From a virus, in the IMG/VR virus record IMGVR_UViG_3300045988_106519, positions 1 to 64,000 of that record: a stretch of DNA of 64,000 nt; one strand, given 5' to 3'. Position numbers and translations under genes: made by a program. Below the pieces are notes generated by a model. That model was not told where the DNA came from and searched no databases. It saw only the letters and a list, made by a program, of their open reading frames with translations. Position 1 is the stretch's first letter; each line of letters opens with the position of its first letter. Positions 62,584-64,000 of this stretch are shown here, one piece after another.

Positions 62584-64000
62584 ATGGCCGGAAAATTAGG
62601 TAAATTCCAGAAGCAGACATTTAGCCATTGGAAGGGTACAACTAAGGCAAATCATCTTGGTGGTATTTTCCAGATGCAGCCACAGAGGGCAACATCCTTG
62701 ATGGTACAGCTGCTTGCTTGGCATAAAGGTAAGACCCTTGAAACATTTTTGTCACAATTTCCAACAAAGTCTTTTGACAATGATGATGAGTACACATGGG
62801 ATATTTGTGGTAGTTCATCAAGGAACATTCCATTGGTAGAGGCAAGGGATGCAGATGGTATAGATGTATCAGCAACTTCACGTAATGGAGCAAATGTTGG
62901 TGTGAATGGTGAGCCATTCTACTTGGTGTTTGCAGAAGATTGGTTTGCTGATGGTGAGGTAATTGTTGGTGAGCGCAATGAAGTATATCCTATTAGGGTG
63001 CTTGCAGATGGTAGGAATGAGGGAACCAACACTGTATACAAGGTAGAGTTGATGGGTGGTATCACCTCTGGTATTCCAGTAGAAGAGCTGCTTGCAGGAA
63101 AGAGGTTCTCAGTTGACTTTGCCCCAGTAGAAAAGGACTTCTCTCGTAAGGTTGGTGATGTACGCTTCTCAAGTCCTATAGCAATGAGGAATGAGTTTAC
63201 AACCATTCGTATTCATACCAAAATAGCAGGCTCAATGATTAATAAGAAAGTAGCCTTTGGTATTCCTATTGTAAAAGAGACAAATGGTCGCTATGTGAAG
63301 GACACTGTAAACATGTGGATGCACTATGAGCAGTGGGAGCTTGAACAGCAGTGGAGTGATTATAAAAACAATATGCTTGCTTATGGTCGCTCAAATAGAA
63401 ATATGAATGGTGAGTACCTTAATATTGGTAAGAGTGGTGAGGTAATTCGTATGGGAGCAGGTCTTTATGAGCAGATGGAGGCAGCTAATACTTTTACTTA
63501 TAACACCTTCTCATTGAAACTTATTGAAGATGCTCTCTATGAGTTATCAGCAGCAAAGCTTGGTATGGAAGATCGTACATTTGTAATCCAGACAGGTGAG
63601 CGAGGAGCTATTCAGTTCCATAAGGCAGTGCTTAACACTGTAAGTGGTTGGAAAGCATTTACAATTAATGGAGACCAGATAGATATGGTAAGGAAGGTAC
63701 AGTCGCCATTGCATAAGAATGCTTTGTCAGCAGGCTTCCAGTTTGTAGAGTTCCAAGCACCAAATGGTGTAACTGTACAAATTAAGGTTGATTCTCGATA
63801 TGATGACCCAGTGCGTAATAAGATTATGCATCCAAATGGAGGACCTGCTTATTCTTATAGGTACGACATCTTTGACATGGGTAACATGGACCAGCCAAAC
63901 ATCTTTAAGTGTGGTGTAAAGGGTATGGAAGGTGACTTGACATCTTATGAGTGGGGTCTAAGAAATCCATTTACAGGTCAGATGGGTAATCCAAATGCTT
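62584..64000 (+). CDS. Major capsid protein candidate; 3' end beyond the window
   Basis: Hand translation from the ATG at 62584 (MAGKLGKFQKQTFSHWKGTTKANHLGG...) is open for all 472 codons to the window edge. It is not in the ORF track because there is no stop. The call rests on position after terL and the scaffold-like gene. Confidence 0.5.
   Translation, partial: MAGKLGKFQKQTFSHWKGTTKANHLGGIFQMQPQRATSLMVQLLAWHKGKTLETFLSQFPTKSFDNDDEYTWDICGSSSRNIPLVEARDADGIDVSATSRNGANVGVNGEPFYLVFAEDWFADGEVIVGERNEVYPIRVLADGRNEGTNTVYKVELMGGITSGIPVEELLAGKRFSVDFAPVEKDFSRKVGDVRFSSPIAMRNEFTTIRIHTKIAGSMINKKVAFGIPIVKETNGRYVKDTVNMWMHYEQWELEQQWSDYKNNMLAYGRSNRNMNGEYLNIGKSGEVIRMGAGLYEQMEAANTFTYNTFSLKLIEDALYELSAAKLGMEDRTFVIQTGERGAIQFHKAVLNTVSGWKAFTINGDQIDMVRKVQSPLHKNALSAGFQFVEFQAPNGVTVQIKVDSRYDDPVRNKIMHPNGGPAYSYRYDIFDMGNMDQPNIFKCGVKGMEGDLTSYEWGLRNPFTGQMGNPNA

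Noticed and set aside
1-64000. CRISPR arrays, rRNA genes, and transposase or IS elements.
   Set aside because: I saw no regularly spaced repeat-spacer array, no rRNA-like sequence, and no transposase motif. The only mobile-element signatures are the two homing-endonuclease cassettes and the integrase.

Overview
The window is one contiguous stretch of a large, AT-rich tailed dsDNA phage genome with no cellular housekeeping genes. The host is probably Bacteroidota, judged from TAnnTTTG -7 promoter boxes and a Bacteroides-type tyrosine integrase next to a tRNA-Arg-derived attP. Layout: (i) 1-31.6 kb is a minus-strand replication and nucleotide-metabolism module: HExxH+SF1 helicase fusion, ThyX, family A DNA polymerase, dUTPase, NrdD/NrdG, nucleases, UDG, primase, AAA ATPase, an intron-split DnaB-like helicase and an SF2 helicase. 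(ii) 31.9-32.9 kb is a tRNA locus. (iii) 33-52 kb is a minus-strand array of about 60 small, mostly unknown genes with several paralog families and a 1.1-kb non-coding hub. (iv) 52.6-54.6 kb holds candidate envelope/lysis genes. (v) 54.7-56.3 kb holds the integrase and attP. (vi) 56.6-64 kb is a plus-strand packaging/head module: HU-like, GroES-like, TerL, a scaffold-like protein and a capsid candidate that runs off the window. The two largest edge genes (1-3305 minus, 62584-64000 plus) are missing from the ORF track only because they have no stop codon inside the window. The most notable observations are: a co-translated Ubl-like / E2-like / JAB / E1-like cassette inside the replication module (20950-16766); a tRNA gene split in its anticodon loop by a promoter-equipped HNH endonuclease plus tRNA-Arg(CCT) cassette; and a group I intron with a LAGLIDADG/HTH endonuclease in the replicative helicase gene. 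All functional calls come from motifs read by eye. No database search was run.
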